This document shows, in pieces, positions 21,476-29,903 of a DNA stretch of 54,413 nucleotides. The translations under genes were made by a program, and so were the position numbers. The DNA lies in contig CANJTH010000001.1 in the NCBI GenBank assembly GCA_947477185.1, forward strand, positions 1-54,413, given 5' to 3'. The DNA comes from Actinomycetota bacterium (GTDB taxonomy: Bacteria; Actinomycetota; Actinomycetes; Nanopelagicales; Nanopelagicaceae). Numbering within the stretch: position 1 is the stretch's first letter; every line of letters begins with the position of its first letter. The notes under the pieces were generated by a model. The model did not search any database, was not told the DNA's origin, and saw nothing but the letters and a program-made list of their open reading frames with translations.

Positions 21476-22666
21476 ATGCTCATAGTTAATGCAAGGATTG
21501 TTGATGTATTATCTGGTGAAATTAACACCCACGATGCCGTGAGAATTGCAGATGACGGTAAAATTTCGGAGTTAGGAAAATCGACAACACTGATTCGTCG
21601 CTCTGATGAGACTGTAATCGATTTAGATGGAAGATATCTATTTCCGGGGTTAATCTCTTGCCACACCCACCTCTCAGTTGTCTTTCCTTTTTCCTTGACT
21701 GATCCAAACGAGGATCCAGCTGTTACGGCCTTTCGGGCAGCAGCAAGAGCTCACGAGGCACTTCATTCAGGGATAACAACACTTCGTTCGGTTCATGAGC
21801 AGAATCAAGTTGATTTGGCGCTGCGCAATGCAGCAAAGGCTGGTTGGTTTCAAGGCCCCAGAATTTTTGGTGCAGGCAGGGCGCTTTCTACCCCAGAGGG
21901 TCATGGACAGGGCGCTGCCTGCAGTTATGCAAAGGATTTCGATGGTTTTTATAAAGCTGCAATTGGTGAACTAGATGCCGGCGCAGATCATTTGAAGATA
22001 TTTATAACTGGAGGATTGGCACGAGCTGGCGAACGTCCAGAGGACCCCGAAATGACTGATGATGAGATCAGAGGCGTAGTAAAAGCTGCAGAGGAACGCA
22101 ATACATATGTTGTTGCCCATGCTGGTGAGTCAGTAGCAATCCAGCAAGCGCTGCGCTTAGGTGTTCGCTCTTTTGAGCATGGCTATATTATGGATCAAGA
22201 TACTGTTGATGCGATGGCTGCCAAAAATGTGTTCTACTCACCAACTCTGTGTGTGACGCGATCTGAAAGTTGGATGCGCGCTAAGGGTTTTGAAGAAGCT
22301 TCGATTCAAAATTGTCTGGCAGTGAGTGATCGACATTTAGCGAGTGCAAAATTGGCAATAAAAGCTGGGATTAAAATGACCAATGGAACAGATTATCCAC
22401 CCGGAGATCGTGTAGATGGTGTACCCGCGGCTCTGCATGAATTATTTTTAATGCATGAGGCTGGCTTGAGCACCATTAAGAGCCTTCAATCGATTACATC
22501 GGTTGCATCGGATTTAATTAATCAAAGTGATTCATTAGGCCAAATAAAGTCTGGATTTTATGGTGATTTTATTGCAATGCGGGGTAATCCACTCGAGGAC
22601 CCACACAATTTGAGTGAATTAGATTTAGTAATGCAAAATGGACATCTAATAGAAAATAGATTGTAG
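21476..22666 (+). CDS. Metal-dependent amidohydrolase (prolidase / carboxypeptidase-like subgroup)
   Basis: PGLISCHTH, GADHLK, VAHA, SFEHG, GTD binuclear-metal ligand set. Confidence 0.85.
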   Translation: MLIVNARIVDVLSGEINTHDAVRIADDGKISELGKSTTLIRRSDETVIDLDGRYLFPGLISCHTHLSVVFPFSLTDPNEDPAVTAFRAAARAHEALHSGITTLRSVHEQNQVDLALRNAAKAGWFQGPRIFGAGRALSTPEGHGQGAACSYAKDFDGFYKAAIGELDAGADHLKIFITGGLARAGERPEDPEMTDDEIRGVVKAAEERNTYVVAHAGESVAIQQALRLGVRSFEHGYIMDQDTVDAMAAKNVFYSPTLCVTRSESWMRAKGFEEASIQNCLAVSDRHLASAKLAIKAGIKMTNGTDYPPGDRVDGVPAALHELFLMHEAGLSTIKSLQSITSVASDLINQSDSLGQIKSGFYGDFIAMRGNPLEDPHNLSELDLVMQNGHLIENRL

Positions 22667-22672
22667 AAACTC

Positions 22673-23281
22673 ATGACAAGTGTGAAAGTAGATATGTGGT
22701 TTGACACTCTCTGCCCTTGGGCTTGGATGACTTCGCGCTGGCTTCTTGAAGTCGAAAAAGTGAGGGATGTTTCACTACATTGGAATGTCATGAGCTTATA
22801 TTTCCTCAATAAATCAAGATCTCACATAAGTGATGAGTACCTGGAAAATGCTTTGAAGGCCCTTGGACCGCTCCGTGTCATTACCGCCGCAGAAAAAATC
22901 TATGGTCCAGCTATAAAGGGTGATTTATACACAGCTTTTGGTGAAGAGATTCACTTAAAGAAAGCTGAATTTTCCGATGACCTTATTTCTACTGTTTTAA
23001 GTAGGTTTTCTTTCTCGCAAGATTTATCACACTACTCAAATGATGACTCACTTGATGATTCAATTCTGGAGAGCCATAATTTGGGTCTCGGTAAAGTTGG
23101 TGAAGATGTTGGAACGCCAATTATTAGTATTGGAGATGTTGCATTCTTTGGCCCAGTAATCTCTCCGGCACCAAAAGGTGAAGAGGCTGGAAAACTATTT
23201 GATGGTGTAATTGCAGTCGCAAGCTATCCAGGATTTTATGAGATTAAACGCACAAGGCATGTCAAACCCATATTTGATTAA
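22673..23281 (+). CDS. DsbA-like thioredoxin-fold reductase (Rv2466c-like)
   Basis: WFDTLCPWAWMTSRWLLEV; VGEDVGTP; FFGPVISPAPKGEEA; FYEIKRTR. Confidence 0.85.
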   Translation: MTSVKVDMWFDTLCPWAWMTSRWLLEVEKVRDVSLHWNVMSLYFLNKSRSHISDEYLENALKALGPLRVITAAEKIYGPAIKGDLYTAFGEEIHLKKAEFSDDLISTVLSRFSFSQDLSHYSNDDSLDDSILESHNLGLGKVGEDVGTPIISIGDVAFFGPVISPAPKGEEAGKLFDGVIAVASYPGFYEIKRTRHVKPIFD

Positions 23282-23333
23282 CTAACTTGGCTGATGTCGT
23301 AGCACGCAAATTACGCGAATCGAAAATCTCTAT

Positions 23334-23552
23334 CTTTCGATTGATGTGGAGAAAGTGAATATGAATGGAGGGGCTATCGCCATCGGCCACCCAATTGGTG
23401 CCTCGGCCTCCCTTGCCGTTATCGACTGTGGCCGCCAACTAGCCCGTACAGGTGGGCGCTATGCAATAGCAGCTGCTTGCATCGGCGCGGGTCAAGGAAT
23501 TGCTCTATTGCTGAAGTCAGTCTCGGAACTAGAATCAGCCCCTAGGAGGTAG
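23334..23552 (+). pseudogene. Thiolase C-terminal remnant (PcaF/FadA-like)
   Basis: LSIDVEKVNMNGGAIAIGHPIGAS...CIGAGQGIA is the thiolase C-terminus; in-frame TGA at 23292, and the upstream space is occupied by the DsbA-like gene. Confidence 0.85.
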
Positions 23553-23554
23553 AC

Positions 23555-24337
23555 ATGCCCGCTAATGCACTTGAGAAATCCAAAGATTTCGTTCAATCAA
23601 TGGAGCGAGGACTTTCAGTAATGAAAGTGTTTTCTGCAGAAAACCACAAACTTACGCTTACTGAGGTCGCCGAACTAACTGGATACACACGAGCTACAGC
23701 ACGTCGCTTCCTATTAACTCTTGAAGAGCTCAATTACATTGGAAGCACTGGTCGGTTTTTCTTCTTGCGTCCAAAAGTTTTAGAACTTGGGTACGCCTAC
23801 CTTACTGCTTATAGTTTAGTGTCAATTGCCCAAAATCATTTAGAGATTTTGGCAGAAGATTTACGTGAGTCATGTTCTGCATCGGTACTTGAAGGTGAAA
23901 GTGTCATCTACATATGCCGTGCATCAACCAACCGCATCATGACTGTGAATCTGTCAGTGGGACATTCCTTGCCAGCCTATGCCACTTCTATGGGGCGAAT
24001 TCTTCTGGCTGCCCTTTCAGAGAAAGAGATCGACGAGTACCTTGCAAAGTACATTCGAAAGAAATTGACATCTAAAACGGTGATTGATGCCGCCGAACTA
24101 AAGCAGATTCTAAAAGACGTCCGTAAAAGAGGGTGGGCAATAAATAACCAAGAACTAGAAGAGGGAGTTCAATCGATTGCAGTGGCTATCCGCGATAAGT
24201 CTGGAAAGATAGTCTCTGCCGCTAATATCAGTGCCCATGCGACCCGAGTTTCGATCGAAGATTTAGAAACAAAATTCCTACCAAAACTCCAAGCGGCTGT
24301 TGCCGAAATTGAAAAAGATCTCTCGCATCAGCCTTAG
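23555..24337 (+). CDS. IclR family regulator, PcaR/PobR subfamily
   Basis: DFVQSMERGLSV, LTLTEVAELTGYTRATARRFLLTL, LPAYATSMGRILLA, QELEEG; AGGAGG RBS. Confidence 0.92.
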   Translation: MPANALEKSKDFVQSMERGLSVMKVFSAENHKLTLTEVAELTGYTRATARRFLLTLEELNYIGSTGRFFFLRPKVLELGYAYLTAYSLVSIAQNHLEILAEDLRESCSASVLEGESVIYICRASTNRIMTVNLSVGHSLPAYATSMGRILLAALSEKEIDEYLAKYIRKKLTSKTVIDAAELKQILKDVRKRGWAINNQELEEGVQSIAVAIRDKSGKIVSAANISAHATRVSIEDLETKFLPKLQAAVAEIEKDLSHQP

Positions 24338-24340
24338 GGT

Positions 24341-25810
24341 TTAAACCCCATCGATACAGAGGTATTTGATTTCTAGGAATTCTTCAATTCCATGTTTGGA
24401 TCCCTCACGACCGACTCCAGATTCTTTTACCCCGCCAAAGGGTGCACCTTCATAAGAAATTAACCCCGTATTAATCCCAACGACTCCAGCCTCCAGGCCT
24501 TCGGCAATTCGCCACGTACGGCCATTGTCTTGAGTGAAGAAGTACGCGGCCAATCCGAATGGCGTGTCATTGGCAATTCGAAGAGCGTCTTCCTCAGTAG
24601 AAAACTTAATAATTCCGGCGAGTGGACCAAAAGTTTCCTCACGCATTAAGAGCATATTTTCAGTGACGCCAGTGATGATTGTGGGCTCAAAAAAGGTTCC
24701 TTCGGACCCAATACGTTTTCCACCAGAGATGATCTTTCCTCCAAGAGCAACGGCATCATCAATGTGGGATATCACCTTAGAAATAGCATCCTCATTAATT
24801 AGAGGTCCCTGTTTAGTATCAGCATTTAGACCATTTCCAACCTTAAGTTTGGCAACGGCAATTTGAAGGGCTGCCACAAACTCATCATGAATGTTATCTT
24901 GCACCAAGATTCGATTGGCACAAACGCAGGTTTGGCCGGCATTACGAAATTTTGAAGCGATTGCGCCGGCAACGGCCGCATCGAGACTGGCATCATCAAA
25001 GACAATAAACGGGGCATTGCCGCCAAGCTCCATAGCAACCTTCTTCACAGTGGAAGCCGATGCTGCCATAAGAAATTTTCCAACTTCGGTAGATCCCGTA
25101 AAGCTAAGCGCCTTGACTATTGGACTAGAAGTAATTACTTCACCAATCATTTGTGATGGCCCAACAAGAACACTTAAAACCCCTGCAGGAATTCCAGCAC
25201 GGCGTGCCAATTCAGCCATTGCATTTGCAGATAAAGGAGTATCTGTTGCAGGTTTGATTACCATGGAGCATCCAGCGGCAAGTGCTGGCCCTGCCTTTCG
25301 AGCGATCATGGCCATAGGAAAGTTCCAAGGGGTAATCGCAGCAGTAACTCCAATTGCTTGACGAATAGTTAAGAGCCTGCGGCTAGAAACATTTGTCGGA
25401 ATAGTTTCGCCATACAGTCGCTTTCCTTCTTCGGCATACCATTCGATAAAGCCAGCACCATAAATTATTTCGCCACGAGCTTCGTCAAGGGGCTTACCTT
25501 GCTCGCAAGTCAGAATTTGTGCAAGGTCATCCACGTTTTCAAGAATCAGGTTGAACCATGTACGCAGAATCTTGGCCCGATCTAGCGCAGTCTTTTTGGA
25601 CCACAACTTAAATGCTGTATCAGCTAAAGAAATTGCCCGCTCGACGTCAAGCTTTGTGGCCATGGCAACTTCGGCGATAACTTTCCCAGTGGCAGGATTT
25701 ACTACAGCCGTACGCTTTCGGTCAGAGGATTCAACCCACTCACCGCCAATGAAGAGATTTTGCTGCAATAAATCGGAATCAGCCAGCTTGATACTTTCTT
25801 CGATTGCCAT
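24341..25810 (-). CDS. gabD: NAD(P)-dependent succinate-semialdehyde dehydrogenase
   Basis: AITPWNFP, SFTGSTEVG, MELGGNAPF, SKFRNAGQTCVCANR, EETFGP, PFGGVKESG. Confidence 0.88.
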   Translation of the reverse strand: MAIEESIKLADSDLLQQNLFIGGEWVESSDRKRTAVVNPATGKVIAEVAMATKLDVERAISLADTAFKLWSKKTALDRAKILRTWFNLILENVDDLAQILTCEQGKPLDEARGEIIYGAGFIEWYAEEGKRLYGETIPTNVSSRRLLTIRQAIGVTAAITPWNFPMAMIARKAGPALAAGCSMVIKPATDTPLSANAMAELARRAGIPAGVLSVLVGPSQMIGEVITSSPIVKALSFTGSTEVGKFLMAASASTVKKVAMELGGNAPFIVFDDASLDAAVAGAIASKFRNAGQTCVCANRILVQDNIHDEFVAALQIAVAKLKVGNGLNADTKQGPLINEDAISKVISHIDDAVALGGKIISGGKRIGSEGTFFEPTIITGVTENMLLMREETFGPLAGIIKFSTEEDALRIANDTPFGLAAYFFTQDNGRTWRIAEGLEAGVVGINTGLISYEGAPFGGVKESGVGREGSKHGIEEFLEIKYLCIDGV

Positions 25811-25897
25811 TGAGCCCACTCATTTCTCTATTGAAACACCTGCAACCCTATTGTAGACAGTATCGCGATAAATCGGTAGGTTGTTCACAAAGGTTGA

Positions 25898-25912
25898 ATT
25901 CGCATGACGAAC
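25898..25912. promoter_or_regulatory. Putative IclR operator
   Basis: ATTCG-CATGA-CGAAC in the gabD / aminotransferase divergent region. Confidence 0.55.
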
Positions 25913-25916
25913 ATTT

Positions 25917-27311
25917 ATGAGTGGAGTAGAGAAAAAGATGAACACGAAGTCTCTTTCTGAAAAAGATAAAGAATATTTCTTTCATCCTTTCACTGCGCTG
26001 AAGGCGCATGAACAATTAGGTGGAAAAATTATCGTCAAGGGAAAAGATTCAACTATTGAAGACTCTGATGGAAATAAATTTATTGACTCGATGGCAGGAC
26101 TGTGGTGTGTCAACATCGGGTACGGAAATAAGGAAATGGCAGAATCGATCCACGATCAGGTTCTAAAACTTTCTTACTATCACGCATTTTCTTCTTTTAG
26201 CACGGATTTAGCCGTTGAGCTCTCCGCCCGTCTTATTAAAATGGCTCCGGTCCCAATGTCGAAGGTTTTCTTCGGAAATAGTGGCTCCGATGCAAATGAT
26301 ACAAATGCCAAAATAGTTTGGTTTTACAACAACGCCCTTGGTCGCAAAGAAAAGAAAAAAATTATTGCCCGACGACGCGGTTACCATGGAGTGACAGTGC
26401 TGTCCTCCGGACTAACTGGACTGGACAATCTTCACGATGGATTTGATTTACCCCTTCCTATGATTCGTCACGTACGTCCCCCACATCGCTTGTGGGAAAA
26501 AGAACCGGGAGTTACTGATGCCGAATTTTCACAGATTTTGGCCGATGAGTTAGAAACTCTCATATTGAAAGAGGGCCCAGATACAGTTGCTGCCTTTATT
26601 GCCGAGCCATTTCAGGCTGCAGGAGGTGTGATAATTCCTCCTGCAGAGTACTTCCCTGCGATTCAAAAAGTTTTGAAGAAGTATGACGTAATTCTAATTG
26701 CAGATGAAGTGGTCTCAGCCTTTGGCCGCCTTGGTCAAATGTTTGGTACAACAGCCTATGGCATGGAGCCTGACATCATCACGGTGGCAAAAGGGATTAC
26801 CTCTGCTTACATTCCACTGTCAGCTTCCATGATTTCAGAAAAAGTCTGGCGTGTTCTGGCTGATGGTAGTGAAAAATATGGTGCTTTTGGACACGGCTAC
26901 ACATACTCTGCGCACCCATTGGCAGCGCGAGCGGCGTTGACCAATCTTGACTTCTTAGAGAAAAATAATCTTGTTGGGCAAGCTGCAATTAGTGGAGCAT
27001 ATTTGCAAAAATCTCTGCGCGAGGAATTTGGAGATCACCCAATGGTTGGCGAAGTACGCGGGCAGGGATTAGTTGCTGCAATCGAATTTGTGGCTTCGAA
27101 AGCGCCAATGACCGCCTTTGCACCAAGTGAAAAAATAGCATCTCGAATTGCGCGACGATCGATGGACCTTGGTGTTATTACTCGCGCACTTCCGGCAGGT
27201 GATTCTATATCTTTTAGTCCACCATTTATTATCACAGAAGAAGAGATTGACACAATAGTTAAAACGGTACACAGAGCCGTCGATGATGTCATGAAAGAAA
27301 TTGGGCGTTAG
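25917..27311 (+). CDS. Class III (omega) PLP aminotransferase
   Basis: DSMAGLWCVNIGYG, NSGSDAND, GYHG, IADEVVSAFGR, TVAKG, HGYTYSAHP; the start could be ATG at 25938. Confidence 0.92.
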   Translation: MSGVEKKMNTKSLSEKDKEYFFHPFTALKAHEQLGGKIIVKGKDSTIEDSDGNKFIDSMAGLWCVNIGYGNKEMAESIHDQVLKLSYYHAFSSFSTDLAVELSARLIKMAPVPMSKVFFGNSGSDANDTNAKIVWFYNNALGRKEKKKIIARRRGYHGVTVLSSGLTGLDNLHDGFDLPLPMIRHVRPPHRLWEKEPGVTDAEFSQILADELETLILKEGPDTVAAFIAEPFQAAGGVIIPPAEYFPAIQKVLKKYDVILIADEVVSAFGRLGQMFGTTAYGMEPDIITVAKGITSAYIPLSASMISEKVWRVLADGSEKYGAFGHGYTYSAHPLAARAALTNLDFLEKNNLVGQAAISGAYLQKSLREEFGDHPMVGEVRGQGLVAAIEFVASKAPMTAFAPSEKIASRIARRSMDLGVITRALPAGDSISFSPPFIITEEEIDTIVKTVHRAVDDVMKEIGR

Positions 27312-27316
27312 TTCAA

Positions 27317-28477
27317 GTGAGCACCAAACTTAAGGTGGGTTTGATAGTTAACCCAATCTCAGGCATGGGTGGGAAAGTAGGTTTACACGGAACGGATCGC
27401 GAGTCATTTAGAACTGCGATTGGCTTAGGAGCTCGCCCGACTTCTGGTGAACGAACAATACGTGCGCTCCGCGGTCTAGTTAGAGATTTAGAACTTTTTG
27501 ATTTCTATGCGGTCAAAGGTGTATTGGGTGGAGATTATTTGGAAGCATTGGGAATCACCTACCAATACTTAACTACTGATACCGTACACGAAATTACATC
27601 GGGATACGATACACAAATTACTGTATCAGCCATGATTGAAGCGGGCATAGATCTCATTCTCTTTTCTGGAGGTGATGGCACTGCCCGTGATATTTTCTGC
27701 GTAATTGGTGATTCCTCCCTCATACTGGGGATTCCATCTGGCGTAAAAATGCGCAGTGAAGTCTTTGGAATCTATCCAGAATCAATCCCCGAGATAATGG
27801 TCGGACTTGCTAAAAATTTTCAAGGGCATCAACCCGACAGTGCGGAAATATTAGATGTTTCAGAGACGCTGGACTCAAACGGGTCTTGGAGTACGGAATT
27901 ATTCGGTGTTGCCAAAACTCCAAGGACTAGGCGCTTGATTCAAAGCGGTAAAATCTCTGGTCAGTCACATAGTGAGGTTGGTTTGCGCGAATTAGCACGA
28001 GAGATTGCCACAGAAATGATTCCAGGGAAACTCTATTTGATCGGTCCAGGAAGAAGCGCTCATTTGCTCCTAGAAGAGCGTGGAGTTAAGGGCAGTTTTG
28101 TGGGAGTTGATGCACTCGTTGATGGGGTAGTTCTGAAAACTGATTGCAGCGAAGTAGAGATTCTCTCCCTGCTTGAGCGCTATGAGCAGCGAGAATTAAT
28201 TTTAGGTGTCATCGGCGGGCAGGGGTTCCTTTTAGGTCGGGGAAATCAGCAGATTAGCACTGCCGTTATATCCGCATTGGGATTTGGCGCAATTAAAGTT
28301 ATCGCCAGCGCACAGAAAATTGGAGCGCTTATACCCGCCACGTTGCATGTCGATCTTGAAGTATCTGGTGAGCAGATGGTTTTTCCTCGCTACATTCAGG
28401 TGCATACGGCCCCAAACCGAACTATCTTATGTTCAATAGAAGTACCAGCCCGTCACGAAGCAATCATGGTCATGTGA
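27317..28477 (+). CDS. ATP-NAD kinase / AcoX-like family protein
   Basis: GLIVNPISGMGG.VGLHGTD, GGDGTARD, GIPSGVKM.S.VF, IGGQGFLLGRGNQQIS. Confidence 0.8.
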   Translation: MSTKLKVGLIVNPISGMGGKVGLHGTDRESFRTAIGLGARPTSGERTIRALRGLVRDLELFDFYAVKGVLGGDYLEALGITYQYLTTDTVHEITSGYDTQITVSAMIEAGIDLILFSGGDGTARDIFCVIGDSSLILGIPSGVKMRSEVFGIYPESIPEIMVGLAKNFQGHQPDSAEILDVSETLDSNGSWSTELFGVAKTPRTRRLIQSGKISGQSHSEVGLRELAREIATEMIPGKLYLIGPGRSAHLLLEERGVKGSFVGVDALVDGVVLKTDCSEVEILSLLERYEQRELILGVIGGQGFLLGRGNQQISTAVISALGFGAIKVIASAQKIGALIPATLHVDLEVSGEQMVFPRYIQVHTAPNRTILCSIEVPARHEAIMVM

Positions 28478-28489
28478 GGATGAGGAATA

Positions 28490-29902
28490 ATGAATAAAGA
28501 AGTACTACCAACGCCGCACCCATTCATGGCTAATTCTGCTGCGGTCAGTTATAAAGAGATGTTACGAGTGGCAGAAGTAGATGACATCGAAGAGCTCTTT
28601 GAGCAGATTCCTAACGAACACCGTTACAAAGGCAGATGGAATTTCCCCCCATCACTTGCTTCAGAGGCCGCCCTTTATAAACATATGAATTCAATCTTAA
28701 AGAAGAGCATTTCCTGCGAAGACAATCTGAATTTTCTGGGTGCTGGATGCTGGCAGCATTACGTTCCAGCTATTTGTGATGAAATGGTTACACGCACTGA
28801 ATTCCTCACCCCAGTATGGGGCACGCCGTCATCCGACCATGGACGCACACAAGTTTGGTTTGAGTTTCAAAGCCAGATTGGTGAACTTATAGGAATGGAG
28901 TTTGTAGGCCTTCCTTTATACAGTTATGGAACAGCAGCTGGTCATGCTGTTCGAATGGCGGCTCGGATAAATGGAAGAAGTGAAGTTCTAGTCCCCTCCA
29001 CACTTGATCCTGAGCGTTTGAAAGTTTTAAAGACTTACTGTGGATTTCCAGAGCTCAATGGCTACATTTCAATTGTAATGGTTGCAGTAAACGCTGACGA
29101 TGGCGGCATGGACCTCGATGATCTACATGCAAAAATAAGCACTAAAACTAGTGCGGTCTACTTTGAGAACCCAACTTATTTCGGAAGTATTGAGTTAAGG
29201 GCTCATGAAATCAGTGCGATCGCACATCAAGTAGGAGCAGAAGTAATTGTGGGCGTTGATCCAATATCTCTGGGAGTGATTGCCCCACCTTCGGAGTATT
29301 CGGCAGACATAGTTGTTGGAACTACACAACCGCTTGGCGTCCACATGAATGCCGGGGGCGGAGTGGGAGGTTTTATTGCTACACGCGATGAGGCCAAATA
29401 CGCCAAGGAGTATCCGACACTGCAAGTGAGCTTAACTGGCACCACACATCCTGGGGAATTAGCCTTTGGTCTAACGCTCTTCCATCAATCATCCTATGGT
29501 TCGCGTGAGAATGGCAAAGATTGGACGGGCAATTCAGTTTATTTGTGGGCAGTTGCCAATGCGACCTATATGTCACTAATGGGACCTCAAGGATTTAGAG
29601 AAATTGGCGAAACCATCATTCAGCGGTCTCATTATGCCGCCTCTCTCATAGATGAAATAGAGGGTGTCAGCATTAAGTGGAGGCAGGGTTTTTTTAAAGA
29701 ATTCGTTGTAGATTTTTCAAAATCTAAATTGAAGGTTGCCCAGATTAATAAGAAGCTATTGGAACATTCGATATTTGGCGGTAAGGATCTGAGCAGGGAC
29801 TTTCCGCACATGGGGCAAAGCGCCCTTTATTGCATCACAGAGATCCATAGCCTGGAAGACATTGCCGTCCTTGTCGATGCACTTAAAAAGGTGGTGAAGT
29901 AA
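28490..29902 (+). CDS. gcvPA: Glycine decarboxylase P-protein alpha-like subunit (divergent)
   Basis: IEELFEQIP, FLGAG..HYVP, ENPTYFG, ADIVVG..QPLG, FFKEFV, CITE; the canonical YTPYQ motif is absent. Confidence 0.82.
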   Translation: MNKEVLPTPHPFMANSAAVSYKEMLRVAEVDDIEELFEQIPNEHRYKGRWNFPPSLASEAALYKHMNSILKKSISCEDNLNFLGAGCWQHYVPAICDEMVTRTEFLTPVWGTPSSDHGRTQVWFEFQSQIGELIGMEFVGLPLYSYGTAAGHAVRMAARINGRSEVLVPSTLDPERLKVLKTYCGFPELNGYISIVMVAVNADDGGMDLDDLHAKISTKTSAVYFENPTYFGSIELRAHEISAIAHQVGAEVIVGVDPISLGVIAPPSEYSADIVVGTTQPLGVHMNAGGGVGGFIATRDEAKYAKEYPTLQVSLTGTTHPGELAFGLTLFHQSSYGSRENGKDWTGNSVYLWAVANATYMSLMGPQGFREIGETIIQRSHYAASLIDEIEGVSIKWRQGFFKEFVVDFSKSKLKVAQINKKLLEHSIFGGKDLSRDFPHMGQSALYCITEIHSLEDIAVLVDALKKVVK

Positions 29903-29903
29903 A

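Noticed and set aside
12471-22666. Microcystin (mlr) degradation cluster
   Set aside because: Peptidases, a transporter and PaaX are suggestive, but no MlrA-like membrane protease or MlrB-like serine hydrolase is present.
23311-23325. Possible seventh IclR box, TTACG-CGAAT-CGAAA
   Set aside because: Two mismatches to the consensus, and it sits at the thiolase deletion junction; not distinguishable from chance.
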